A DNA stretch of 64,000 nucleotides from Fonticula alba ATCC 38817. Its lineage: Eukaryota; Protista; Nucleariida. Under the pieces are notes generated by a model that searched no databases, had not been told where the DNA came from, and saw only the letters and a program-made list of their open reading frames with translations. Both the position numbers and the translations under genes were made by a program. This document shows, one piece after another, positions 17,120-28,097 of the stretch (its first letter is position 1; the number at the start of each line of letters is the position of its first letter). The DNA lies in NCBI GenBank assembly GCA_000388065.2, contig KB932202.1. The stretch is one strand, 5' to 3'.

Positions 17120-17686
17120 CCAGCCACACATCCAGGCTGGTCCTTTTGACGATTTTCCTCCCGCGGGAACGGCTCACCCCTTCGAGCGGCACTTCCACCC
17201 CGCCCCCACGGAGACAGGGGCCTCGGCGCAATTGACCCTGACAGCGGCGGACCCACACCCGGCCGCGTCTTCCCAACCGGGGCCCCATCGCGAAGCCGGC
17301 GGCTCGATGGCGACCGGCAGCAACACCGGCAGCAGCACTGCGGCGCCGGCCAGCCAGCCGGGCTCCGCGCCTCCGAGACCGTCGACTGCGGCGGCGGCGG
17401 CCGCCGCGGCCGCCGCCCGGCGCCGGGCCAATCTTCCCCGCTCCTCGGTCAAGGTGCTGAAGGACTGGCTTTTCGAGAACGCGGCCCGGCCGTACCCGAC
17501 TGAGCGTGATAAGCAGCAGCTGCTCGATCGCACCGGGCTGACGCTGGAGCAGCTGAACAACTGGTTCATCAATGCTCGGCGGCGACTTCTCCGGCCCCTG
17601 GCCGCTGACGCCGGCGCTACCGCGACCGCGCCCGCGACCGGCAGCGGCGGGCTGAACTCCTCCTGTGCAAGCTCCTCGACCTCATC
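14132..17686 (+). CDS. TALE-class homeodomain transcription factor (TGIF/MEIS/Cup9-like); 5' and 3' ends uncertain
   Basis: The homeodomain at 17418-17597 reads RRRANLPRSSVKVLKDWLFENAARPYPTERDKQQLLDRTGLTLEQLNNWFINARRRLLRP, with the TALE loop plus PYP and WFINARRR (Ile50). Intron 14971-15160 (GTACGT...GGCAG) joins the frames. There are poly-Q and poly-A tracts, and the gene runs into an N gap at 17687. Confidence 0.88.
17027..17118 (+). repeat. (CAG)n poly-glutamine tract (second tract at about 16822-16859)
   Basis: CAG runs in frame with the homeobox ORF. Confidence 0.9.
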
Positions 17687-19617
17687 NNNNNNNNNNCGGG
17701 GAAATGCAACAATAAACACCCTGGGTGTGACCCCCCGCCCCACCCCCAGGGGGGCACACGGTCGGCGGAGACCCACTCCTGCTGGTTCCATAAACAAAAA
17801 AAACCCACACGGGCTGCTTCTCCCGCGCTTGTTTCAATATGCCACTTGCTGGCTCCGAGGATGAGCGCCACGGCGCGCCCGGGCAGGCGGGGGGGGGGCG
17901 CGGGCACCAAGCAAGGGGAGGAAGGTCAAACGGAAGACCGGCCAAGTGGGAGCCACATGCATGCACCCTTTTCTGTCGGTCTGTTTGTTTGCCTGGCTGT
18001 CGGTATTTCCATGCATGCATGCATGCATGCATGTATGTGTGTGTGTCTCTCTCTCTGTTCACACGCCGGATTTTGGCGCGAATGCATGGAGCCCCACATG
18101 GATCCATGCGCACATGCCGGAGCAAACGCCCAATGCAGACGGTCAGCCCCGGCCAGTTGCTGGGCCTTCCCCAGGCCAGGCGGCATGCCGCCTGCGCATG
18201 CAGTTTCAGGGGCTCGGACTTTGCCCCAAAGAGCCCCAGCACTGAGCAGCCACAGGGCACAGCTAAAGACCCGGCCCAATTCAGGGGCAAGGCGCCGGGG
18301 GGCACCCGGCCCGGCCCAAGTGCCAGACAATTCAGTCGGCCGATGCGCCCATTTCCGGCTTTCAACCGGAAGCAACCACACCCCACAGGGGGAGGCGGGG
18401 GAGGGCAGTGAAGAGGGACAAAAGGGACTCTTCCCTGGCCCACGGCACGATCTCAGCATATGGGATGGCACCGCGCCGGCATGCCGGAGGCCCCGCACAC
18501 CAAGACCCATGCGTATATCGTGCACATGCGCACAAATACGCAAACACACACACACACACACGGGCAGAGACACAGACACAGACGCACACAAGTAGACACA
18601 CACACACACATACAGGTGGAGACCCACGGGGCGGCAGCCCAAGAGAGTACGGCATGCCCTTCGGCGCGCACACGCACACGCACACACACACACACACGGC
18701 CTTGACCCTGTGGGGAAGGTTGCCCTCCAAACAAGTTAAGCCCCGGCCCAGGCCGGCCACTGTAACCGAAGGGGTCACGTGGTGCCTGACAGCTTCATTG
18801 TGGCCTAGGAATGTGTGGCATGCGTCTCTGTTCGTGGCCACCGGGCGGCGGCTGGCGCCTACGGGGTCACTGCCACGCAGGCGCCGCCGCGGCGCCCCTG
18901 ACGAGGGGCCGCCCAAGCAACGGGAGCGCGTGTGCTCCGATATTTCCCGATGGCACCGGCAATGGAGGGGGGGCGATGGGCAGCGGCGGGAGGGGGGGCG
19001 CGGGGGCCTTTCCCAAGGGCCAGGCGGCGTGGTCTGGTGTGCCACTGAGACACCGGCCGAATGGAGGAACAAAGGGGGTGGTGCCAGGGCGTCCGGATCC
19101 AGCAGGGTACCAGCACGCGTGCGGGAGAAGCTAACGAAAGGGCTGGCGAAGGGCCCCCTGGATCCATACCGGGGGGGGGGGGGGGGCGAGAGTGATCCGG
19201 GCGCCATCGGGGCGCCAAATGAGGTAGGGGGGTCCCCATCGGGGCCCGCTGGTGCGTCCTGCCGGTGGACAGGCGGGCCTGGCCGTGCGGCGGGGCCAGT
19301 GCCGCTGGCGGCAGAGATGTTACTATTTCGGGGGACACCGGATCTTGTGTGCGAGTTGCCAGCTCAGCCAATCGGCTCCATTCTTCGAACTCCCTCCTCT
19401 CTCTGTCTCTCTCTCTTTCTCCCTCCCTCTCTCTCTCTCTGCCTCCTGCTGCCCTTCTCTTTCTCCTCCTCCCGTGCCCCTAAGCCCGTTGTCGCCCGGC
19501 TTCGATATTTCCTCGCTCGGATAGCTACCTCCCCTCGCCTGCGCCCCTCCGCTCCCTCGATCCGGGCCCCGCTCCTCGCTCGGTCGTCCTCCCACATCGC
19601 CATCACAGCGCACGCCC

Positions 19618-21068
19618 ATGGGTGTCCGAAGCAGTAAGCTCTCCTCGGAGCAAATCAACGAGATCCAGCCCTCCACCAAATTCACGGTCGAGGAATTAAC
19701 CGATTGGCACCGTAGCTTCCTCAATGGTCCGCCTTGTCACCGGCCGCGATGTGCTGAGCCATCACGTCTCTTCCAGTGACTGACACACGCACACGCACAC
19801 GCCCACACACACACACACACGCACACACACACACACGCACACACACACACACGCACACACACACACACACGCACACACACACACACGCACACACACTCAC
19901 ACACACCCAACCCCCCCCCCCCCCCCCACACACACACACGCACGTCTCCATCGACAAAACACAGACCACCCCAGTGGCTTCCTCAAGGAGAGCCACTTCA
20001 TCGTCATGTATTCGCAATTCTTCTCGCCGGCCGGGTCCAGTGGGGCCACCAACCCCGGGACCGGGTCCACATCTCGGCGCAGTCGCCTCCAGGCGGCTGC
20101 GCAGGGCCGCACCAACCCCGGGGTGCGGCTGTTCGCGGCCCGGGTGTTCGCCTCCTTCGATCGCGAGGGTCGCGGCATCGTCACCTTCAAGGACTTGATC
20201 CATGGGTTTTCCATCGCCACACGCGGCACCATCGAGGTACATGACCGCCAGGGGCCCGGCCCACCACGGGTCCTGCCCCGGCCGCCCAGGCAGCCCAGGG
20301 TCTGCCCATGCCCGGACGCCTGTCCAACCTCGCGCCTGACCTCCGTCCCCTGTTCCGCGCCTGCAACCGCCTGGCCCATGCTTTCCTGGCCAGGAAAAAC
20401 TCGAGTGGGCCTTTCGGATATACGACGTCGATCGGGACCAGATGATCGGTCGCGAGGAGATGCTGCAGGTCGTCACAGCCATCTACCAGATGGCTGGCTA
20501 CTCGCCGGGGTACAGCTCGGCCGGCCCGTCGGTCGGGTCCTTCGGCAGCAGTGGCGGCGGAGCCGAGACCGACGAGCTGAGCTTCGACGAGGACACCACC
20601 TCCTTCGGCGGCGCCGTCGGCCCCGGCGGGGGCCCGGCCACCGGAGCCGGCAGCGGCATGACGGGAGAGGGCAGCCTCGGCGAGCCGAGCACCTACACCA
20701 GACCCATCAGCATCATGGACCAGCTGGCCTTCCATGAGAATACCCCGGACAAGCGGGTGGACCAAATCTTCGAGCGTTTTGACCTGGTGCGCTACCTGAT
20801 CCCGGCCTGGCCGGGCGGGCTCCGCCCCTGACGGCAGGGGAAGAGCGAAAAGACCGCCCACTGAGAGGAGGCCACCGTGCGCTAACAAGGGCACACGCAC
20901 GCACACACACGCACTGCGTTTCAATGCACGCAATGCCGGCGTCCATCGCGGATGGCGCGCGAAAAAAAGGATCGCGACGGGATGCTCAGTCTGGAGGAGT
21001 TCATTAACGCAGGCAAGTGCGATCCCGGAACTGCGGCCAGCCTTTTCATCTACGACGGGCTGGTTTAG
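19618..21068 (+). CDS. NCS1: Neuronal calcium sensor-1/frequenin family EF-hand protein, 4 exons
   Basis: Exons 19618-19726, 19965-20236, 20394-20786 and 20970-21068. The protein begins MGVRSSKLS (myristoylation-type start) and contains [54 protein letters not shown] and [13 protein letters not shown]. It ends in YDGLV*, as in NCS-1/Frq1. Confidence 0.92.
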
Positions 21069-21451
21069 GGGATGGCCCCACTTCGCGGCCGTGCGCAGGA
21101 TCGCATGCCGCCCGAGGAGGCGAGTGCGCGGGCACATTTGCGTGCAGACCCACGTCCATGCATTCATATCCATATCCATATCCATATCCATGTCCATATT
21201 TATATATATATACATATACACGCATGTGCATGCGCATGCGCATGCATGCTCGCGCCTGGCCGCACAGAATAAAATACACACTCAAATGCGAAAGCCGATC
21301 CACGGGTGCACGCGTGCGCTTGCCCGCATGTGCGCATATGTCACTTGCTACCGGGAGGACAAGAGAGAGAGAGAGAGGAGGAGGAGGAGGAGGAGGGGAG
21401 AACAGAGGGAAGGATGAGGCAAGGGGCCGGCCAGCTCCATGGCCATTGCGC

Positions 21452-22812
21452 TCAATCGTCCTCGTCATCGGAGTAGTCGCTGTCGGAGTTGATCCCCCGG
21501 CGGGCGGAGCGCCGTGCCCCACCGAGCGACCCGGCGCCCGAAGTACGCTTGGCAAATGCATCGGCGTAGGCACCGTCGCGCACCTTGGCCGCGCGGCTGG
21601 CCAGGTTCACGGCGGCGGTCAGAGACTCGCCCGGCCGGCCGATGACACCGGCCTGCCGGAGCCGCGCCTCCAGCTGCTCGGTCGTGAAGTGGTCCGTGTT
21701 GCCAAGGTCCTCGAAGCCAAGTAGCCTTTCAGCCAGCAAGCAGGAGTCAGCAGCGCGCGTGGCCCAGCGCAAGAACAAAGAACAGGGGGGGAGGGCGCGG
21801 GAAAAGTGTAGAATCGAGAACCTCAGCGCATATGAACGTGTGCGCGAGCGTGTGTGTGTGTGTGTGTGTGCGTACCGGCCGTTGGTGACGCCGTTGATGA
21901 AGAAAATCACACAGGGAAGGACCTGAATACGGAGCTTCTCCACCATGAACGGGAGCTTGGTCACATCTCCCCGGGCGAACTTGGTGTCGGTGTACTTCTT
22001 GGCCACCTTCTACAGGGCGACCGCGGGTGAGCATGCGCAAGTGCATGCGCGTTTGTGTGTGCGTGTGTGAGGGAGACAGAGACAGAGACAGAGAGGAAGA
22101 GGGAGAGAGGGAGGGAGGGAGGAAGGGCGAGAAGATGGGCCATTTCACATGGACAGAAGCGCCAGGAGCGAAGGGGCACAGGTGGGGCAGCTGGAAACAC
22201 GAGCACGAGGAGGAAGGCCACCCGGCACGCACTTCCAGATGCCGGTGCATGATGTCACACCGGGCGAAGTCCGACCGGTAGAAGTGAATCACCACGAAGG
22301 GCAGCTTGGTGGTCATATCGAGGACCTGCTTGTCCTCGGTCACCTCCGTGTACTTGCCGTACTGCAGGTCCTGCATCATCTGGGCGCGCTCGGCCCTTCA
22401 CCAGCACAAGGAGCCCAGGCGGGCGAGCGGGAGCAAAGGTCCGTCAGAAAGGGGACCCACGCGCGGGAGACAACAAACAATTCCCCCCCCCCCCCCCGAG
22501 GGGGTCCTACGCACTGGAGCTTCAGTTCCAGCAGGCGCTTCTCGCGGAAGGCATGGCCAATGTTGGTGTCGCCCTCAAGCATGGAGAGCAGATCGTCCTC
22601 CAGCTCGTCGATGTTGGTGTCAAGTGGGCTGAGCCATCGGGGTGAGTTCCGGGCAAGAGGGCCGAAGAGCCCGGGCGACCGCGCGCAATCACAGGGACAG
22701 CTGAGGGAGGGGGAGAAAAAGGGCGGGAGGGACACCCCTCCGATCGATGCGGCACGCACAAGTCCATGGTGTATCTTTGGCAGTGGCGGTAGTTGTGGGG
22801 ATGGTGATGGCA

Positions 22813-22843
<31 letters not shown>

Positions 22844-23011
22844 CAACAACGACGGCGGCGGCGGCAGCAACAACGGGGGGGTGTTGCGGGGCGGGGTAAA
22901 TGAAAAAAAAGAAAGAAGAGGCGCAGGCGAAGGGAGGAGGGCGTGGAGGGCTGATATAGATCGCCCGGCGCAAACCGGCGGCACGCACCCAGGCGCCCGA
23001 TGACCCGCCAT
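21452..23011 (-). CDS. TXNDC9: Phosducin-like protein 3 / thioredoxin domain-containing protein 9 (Plp1-like CCT cofactor)
   Basis: The spliced product contains FREKRLLELK, YGKYTEVTEDKQV, VVIHFYRSDFARCDIMHRHLE, KYTDTKF, VEKLRIQVLPC, LLGFEDLGNTDHFTTEQLEARL and an acidic SDSDYSDDEDD end. It includes a 15-nt microexon at 22760-22774. Confidence 0.9.
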
Positions 23012-23665
23012 CGCGGGCGCGGCCGGCCCATCCGTCGGCATCTCATGTCAACGCGCTTCCCCATCGCCGCGTGACGCTCACGGGACCGGCCCGTCCGAAG
23101 TGATGTTTACTCCCGCCGTTGGGGGGTGCTCTGGCTGCGCGCCCGTTTGCCGGCGCTCGGGGCTGTCCCCGTTCCCGGCCGCGGGCCTTCACGCTCTGTC
23201 GCCGCATTTCGCTGGGGGGAACATGTTGACCCGCGTCCACGTTGCGCGTCCTCCTGCCTCCTCTTCGCCTTGAGGCGTCAGGTGGGCGGGGAGGCGAGAG
23301 GGGGGGGGGGGGGGGGCGGATGCCTGGGGCCAGTGGGGGGAGGGAAATCTCCCCCTACCTCATGGGCCCCGGTCCGGCAGGGCAACTGCTCGGTGTCCGG
23401 AAGCCGGCGCCTCGGGCGATCTGGGCATGTTTATAGGCACCCGAGGCTGTGCCTCACCGTGAGGAGGCCCGGCCCGCCATCCTCCCCCTCCCCTCCGAAG
23501 AATCCTGTGCCCTGCCAGCGGTTCCTCCCACACACACACACACACTCCTCCGGTCCTTCCATCCAAGCGCCGAGAAAAAGGGCGGGAGGGACACCCCTCC
23601 GATCGATGCGGCACGCACAAGTCCATGGTGTATCTTTGGCAGTGGCGGTAGTTGTGGGGATGGTG

Positions 23666-23699
<34 letters not shown>

Positions 23700-23806
23700 N
23701 NNNNNNNNNNNNNNNNNNNNNNNNNNNNNNNNNNNNNNNNNNNNNNNNNNNNNNNNNNNNNNNNNNNNNNNNNNNNNNNNNNNCCAACTGACCCCGCTTG
23801 CTCCAG
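23012..23806. promoter_or_regulatory. Probable bidirectional promoter between TXNDC9 (-) and SIR2 (+)
   Basis: Divergent gene starts less than 0.85 kb apart. Inferred from gene geometry only. Confidence 0.4.
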
Positions 23807-25299
23807 GTCGAGGAGCTTCCACGTTCGCACTTTTCCGCGCCGATCTTTCTGATGGAGGCCAACTCCCACGCTCCGGACAGCTGCACCGTCACCACCGCCG
23901 CCTCCGCCGCCGCCACCACCGATCCTCCCGCGGCCCCTCCCGCCCTGGGCGATCCTCAAGCCGAGCTGTCGGCCGCCTCGCAAGAGCGCCTCCCCGTCGA
24001 GTCCTTTTCCCAGCCCCCGAGCAAGCGCCCCCGGGCCGATCCCGCCGGAACGCCGGACCCCACCGACCCCCCAGCCATGCCCCCCCCGCAGCATCACTCC
24101 CAGAGCGAGGATGAGGACACCCTGAGCCGGCAGCAGGCCGATCTCCTTTCCTCCATCGAGGCCGAGCTGACCACCAAATGTACGTGTGTTCCTGCGCACT
24201 CGCACGCCGCCATGACCCGGCTTGCTCACACCCCGCTCGCTCGGTGTTGCCTCATGCCTGCGGCACCTCTCCCCCCCCCCCCTCCCCGCAGCCTTCAATG
24301 CTTGGTTCTACTCCCTCTTCGAGAACGACAGGGCCAATCTCCGGCACATGGTTCAGACCTTCAAGCTCCCCCAGGTTCGCTCCGCCTATTGATGTCACCG
24401 CCCGGCCTCCTCCTCATCCTCCCGCCCGGGGTTATCTCACCGATCGCCATCCCCTGCTCCCCCCTCGCCGCTCAGGCCATCGTCGCCATTCCCCCGAGCA
24501 GCATCTACTCCTACTTCCGCTCGCTGATCGTGGATATCATCCCCCGGCGCCCGTCCGTCGTGGCTGTGCCCGACCTGGATGCCGTGGTGGACATCATCCG
24601 CCGGGCTCGGCGCATTTGCGTCCTCACCGGGGCCGGGATTTCCGTCAGCTCCGGCATCCCGGACTTCCGGAGCTCCGGTGGCGTGTACAGCCTGGTGGGA
24701 GACCGCTATCCGGACCTCCCGACCCCGGAGGCCATTTTCGACCTGAACTACTTCCGCACCAACCCCGGGCCATTCTTCGCCTTCGCGTCGGAAATGTTCC
24801 CCGGCATGACCAAGTACCATCCCACCCCGACGCACTACTTCATCCGACTGCTGCAGGACCACGGCCAACTTGAGCGCAACTACGCCCAGAACATCGACGG
24901 TCTGGAGCTCGAGGCCGGCATCACCAAGCTCGTCCAGTGTCATGGTGGGTTTCTCCCCCCCTCCGACATATTTGTCTTGCTTTTTCCCCTCCCCCCCTCG
25001 CCGTGTGCCTGCCTGCTTGCCTACTCCCTCTGGCTCATTCGTCCCTCTGCCTCCCCACCTTCCTCCCTTTCCCCCGTTACCACGTCACGCCACCGGCAGG
25101 CTCCTTTGCCACGGCCACCTGCCAGCTGTGTGCGCGGAAGTACCAAGCCGATGACATCCGCGAGGCTGTCATGGCTCACATCATCCCCCGGTGCGAATGC
25201 GACCCCGAGAACAGTGTCATCAAGCCTGGTACGTGGGTTCCCCATCTGCGCGGCACCTTTCGTCCGAGACATTTGCCTCCCTGACTTCGCCCGCACTTT

Positions 25300-25366
<67 letters not shown>

Positions 25367-26521
25367 ATCTCTCTCTCTATCTCTCTCTCTCTCACACACA
25401 CACATATGCAGACATCATTTTCTTCTCCGAGAGCCTGCCGTCCACTTTCGACGACGCCATCAACCAGGACTCCGATCACATTGATGCCATGATTGTCATC
25501 GGCACCTCGCTGCAGGTGTCTCCAGTGTCTCTGGTTCCCTGTGCGTCTCTTTCCCGGCTGTGCTCCCCCCGGCCGTGTCCCTCCATCCCGCGCTCTGCTG
25601 TGGCTGTGCTGCGGTCTATTCCTTTGTGGCTGACCTCCCCCCCCCCCTCCCCTCCCATCCCATCCCAATCCCCAAACACACGCTCACACAGCCCTCCTCC
25701 CGCGCGGTGTCCCCCGGATCCTGATCAACCGTGAGTTGGTCTCCACGGCTACCTTCGATGCCGAGATCCTGGGCGATTGTGACAAGGTCATCGTCGAGCT
25801 CTGCCGTCGCCTTGGCTGGCTGGACAAGCTGAAGGCCCTTTGTGCGGCCGATGGCACCAATCTCGACAAGGGTATGTTTGCCTGTGCCTGAACATCCCGC
25901 GCGCTCGACCCAGGGAGCGCCGCCCCCCTTCCAGTCGTGTTTCCCCCCCCCCGCTCAAGGCACACCACTACACCCCGGCCTTTGTGCTAACGCGCCGAAT
26001 CGCCTCCCCTCGGACTCCTCCTCCACCCGCCAGTTATGATCAACTCCGAGACCGACATCGACACCATCAAGCCCGGCCTCTTCCGCTTTGTCCACCGGTC
26101 GGCCGGCGAAGCCGAGCCAACCGGGCCGCTGCCTCGCGTGTCTCGCCGGGCACACTACAGCTCCTCCTCGGAAGATGAGGACCAGGGTGAGGAGGACAAC
26201 TACTCGGACGACGAGGGCCTCGGGTCGGACGAGCTGGCCGGTCTTGGAGCCGGCAGCGCTGACGAGGGCAGCGACGACGGCGACGACGATGACGCCATGA
26301 ACGCCTATCTGGCCATGCGCCGGCAGCAGCTGGAGGCCGAGCGCGCCGCCGCCGCCACTGTGACCGCCTCCTCCCTCAGTCAGCCGGTGGATGATGAGGA
26401 GGGTGATGATGAGGACGATGAAGAGGGCGAGGACTATGATGCGGTGCTCTCTTCGCACAAGGCTCGCGCGGCGCTGGACTCCGTGGCCGCCGAGCTGGCC
26501 GATGCCACCTCCAGTCAATGA
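23807..26521 (+). CDS. SIR2: Class I sirtuin, NAD-dependent deacetylase (Sir2/SIRT1-like)
   Basis: Motifs [42 protein letters not shown], Zn cysteines CQLC...[28 protein letters not shown] and [10 protein letters not shown], plus an acidic C-tail. There is an acceptor at 23806; the first in-frame ATG after it is 23852, and the true start may lie upstream or in the gap. Confidence 0.93.
25302..25404 (+). repeat. (CT)n/(CA)n intronic microsatellite
   Basis: A long CT run between the branch site (25281-25285) and the acceptor (25410-25411) of a Sir2 intron. Confidence 0.93.
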
Positions 26522-26873
26522 GAGCACATGAGGCAGAGGACAAAAGGGCACCGAGAAGGAAAGAGACAGGGAGAAAGAGAGTAAGAGAGAGAGAGAGGGG
26601 GGGGGGGGGCTGGCAACATGGGTAGCATGCCTGACCCCCCTTTCCTTGCTCTTTCCTTCCTTTTGCCGCGACCGCACTCTTGGCCCGACCGCCCGCTGAA
26701 GACCGTGCATGTGTGTGTGTGTGTCTCCAGAAAACAGTGTCTAGCATTTGTTCGATATATTTTCTCGTGGACGCCCCGCCTGACGGCAGAGAGAGAGAGA
26801 GAGAGAGGGAAGAGGGAAGACACAAGGAGTGCACATGGCATAGGGAGGGAGGGAGGGGGGGGGGCGGGGGGAC

Positions 26874-27547
26874 TTACTTGTCCAGCTTGTTGTGACCCTC
26901 ACGGTTGCGGGCAATCTCGATGGCGTAGAACTGGATGCGAACAACTGGGGCGGTAGGGTGATGGGGGTCAGGCCGGGTGGGACCACAGGAAGCGAGAAGA
27001 GAAGGAGGAGGAGGAGGAGGAGGAAAGGGAGAAATGACGCACCGAGGATGGTGTTCTCCTGGCTGTAGCCCTCGGTGCACTTGGAGCGGAGGAGGGTGCC
27101 AGCGCTGAAGTCCTCGACCTGGTGCTCGTACTTGTTGCAGAACTCGCGCCACTTGGCCTTCTTGGCCTCAGTGCCCTTGAGGATGTCATCGTCGACCGAA
27201 GACAGGTCGAAGTCGGGGAACTCCTTGCGGAAGTGCTCATAGATGGCGTCGTCAATGCTGTGAGGACGACCGATCATCGCCATGGACGGGGGGGGGGGGG
27301 AGCAGCCGAGTTAGAGGGGCCGTTGCGGCAAGCCAAGGGCGAGAGGCGGGACCACAAATGCAGGAAGAGCAACCGGGACAGTCGAAGGGGGCGAGATGCG
27401 CGCCACGCACCGGGTCAGGCGCAGCTTGGACCCGTCAATGCGGCTCAGGAGCTTCTCGTGGGTCTCGGCGAACTTGAAGGCCAGCTCGGCCCAGGCAAGC
27501 TCGATGTCCTGGTTGTTCCCGAGGGCGTTGGGGTCGATGGAGCTCAT
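26874..27547 (-). CDS. PBDC1: Polysaccharide biosynthesis domain-containing protein 1 (YPL225W/Chp1-like), 3 exons
   Basis: MSSIDPNALGNNQDIELAWAELAFKFAETHEKLL...IDDAIYEHFRKEFP...KAKWREFCNKYEHQVEDFSAGTLLR...YSQENTILVVRIQFYAIEIARNREGHN contains the family hallmark C-terminal motif. Confidence 0.93.
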
Positions 27548-28097
27548 GGTTGCAGAGAAAGGGAAGGTGCGGGATGGGGTGGGAGGAGGAGGAGGAGGAG
27601 GAGGGTGGGATTTGTTCTGGGCGCTCCCCAGCCGGGAGCCCGCCGCGGGGGGGGCTCTCTTCATGTGCTCGGGAGTTCACCCAGCCCGGGGGCGGTGCCT
27701 GGCCGGAGGCATGAGGGAGAGCAAGGGTCACACGCATGTGCAGAGACGCACACAGACACACATAATGGAAAAGGGAGAAGGTGCATTTATCGAACGCCCA
27801 GAGCCCTCCCGGACTTGATAAAAAAAAGGGGGGGTCCAGCCAGGCGGCAAATGCCCAGACGACAGCAGGCCGGCAGGCGCCAGCCCCACACGGGCGCACA
27901 CACGCACGCACACCCAGGCGGAGGGGCGCATGCCCAAGCGCACGTCGCCGCGTGTGACGCGGGAAGAGAGGGAACACCCCACGCGCATACACAGGGAGCG
28001 ATGGCAGCTGTGGCGCGGAGAGGCCGGCGGCGGGAGCCCCCAGCGGGGTGCCCACTCTCTCGAATGGTATTTCCTCGGGTACTGGACTGTCGGAATC

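Noticed and set aside
21452-27547. Chaperone mini-cluster (TXNDC9 and PBDC1)
   Set aside because: Only two genes, separated by Sir2 and serving different clients; chance is sufficient.
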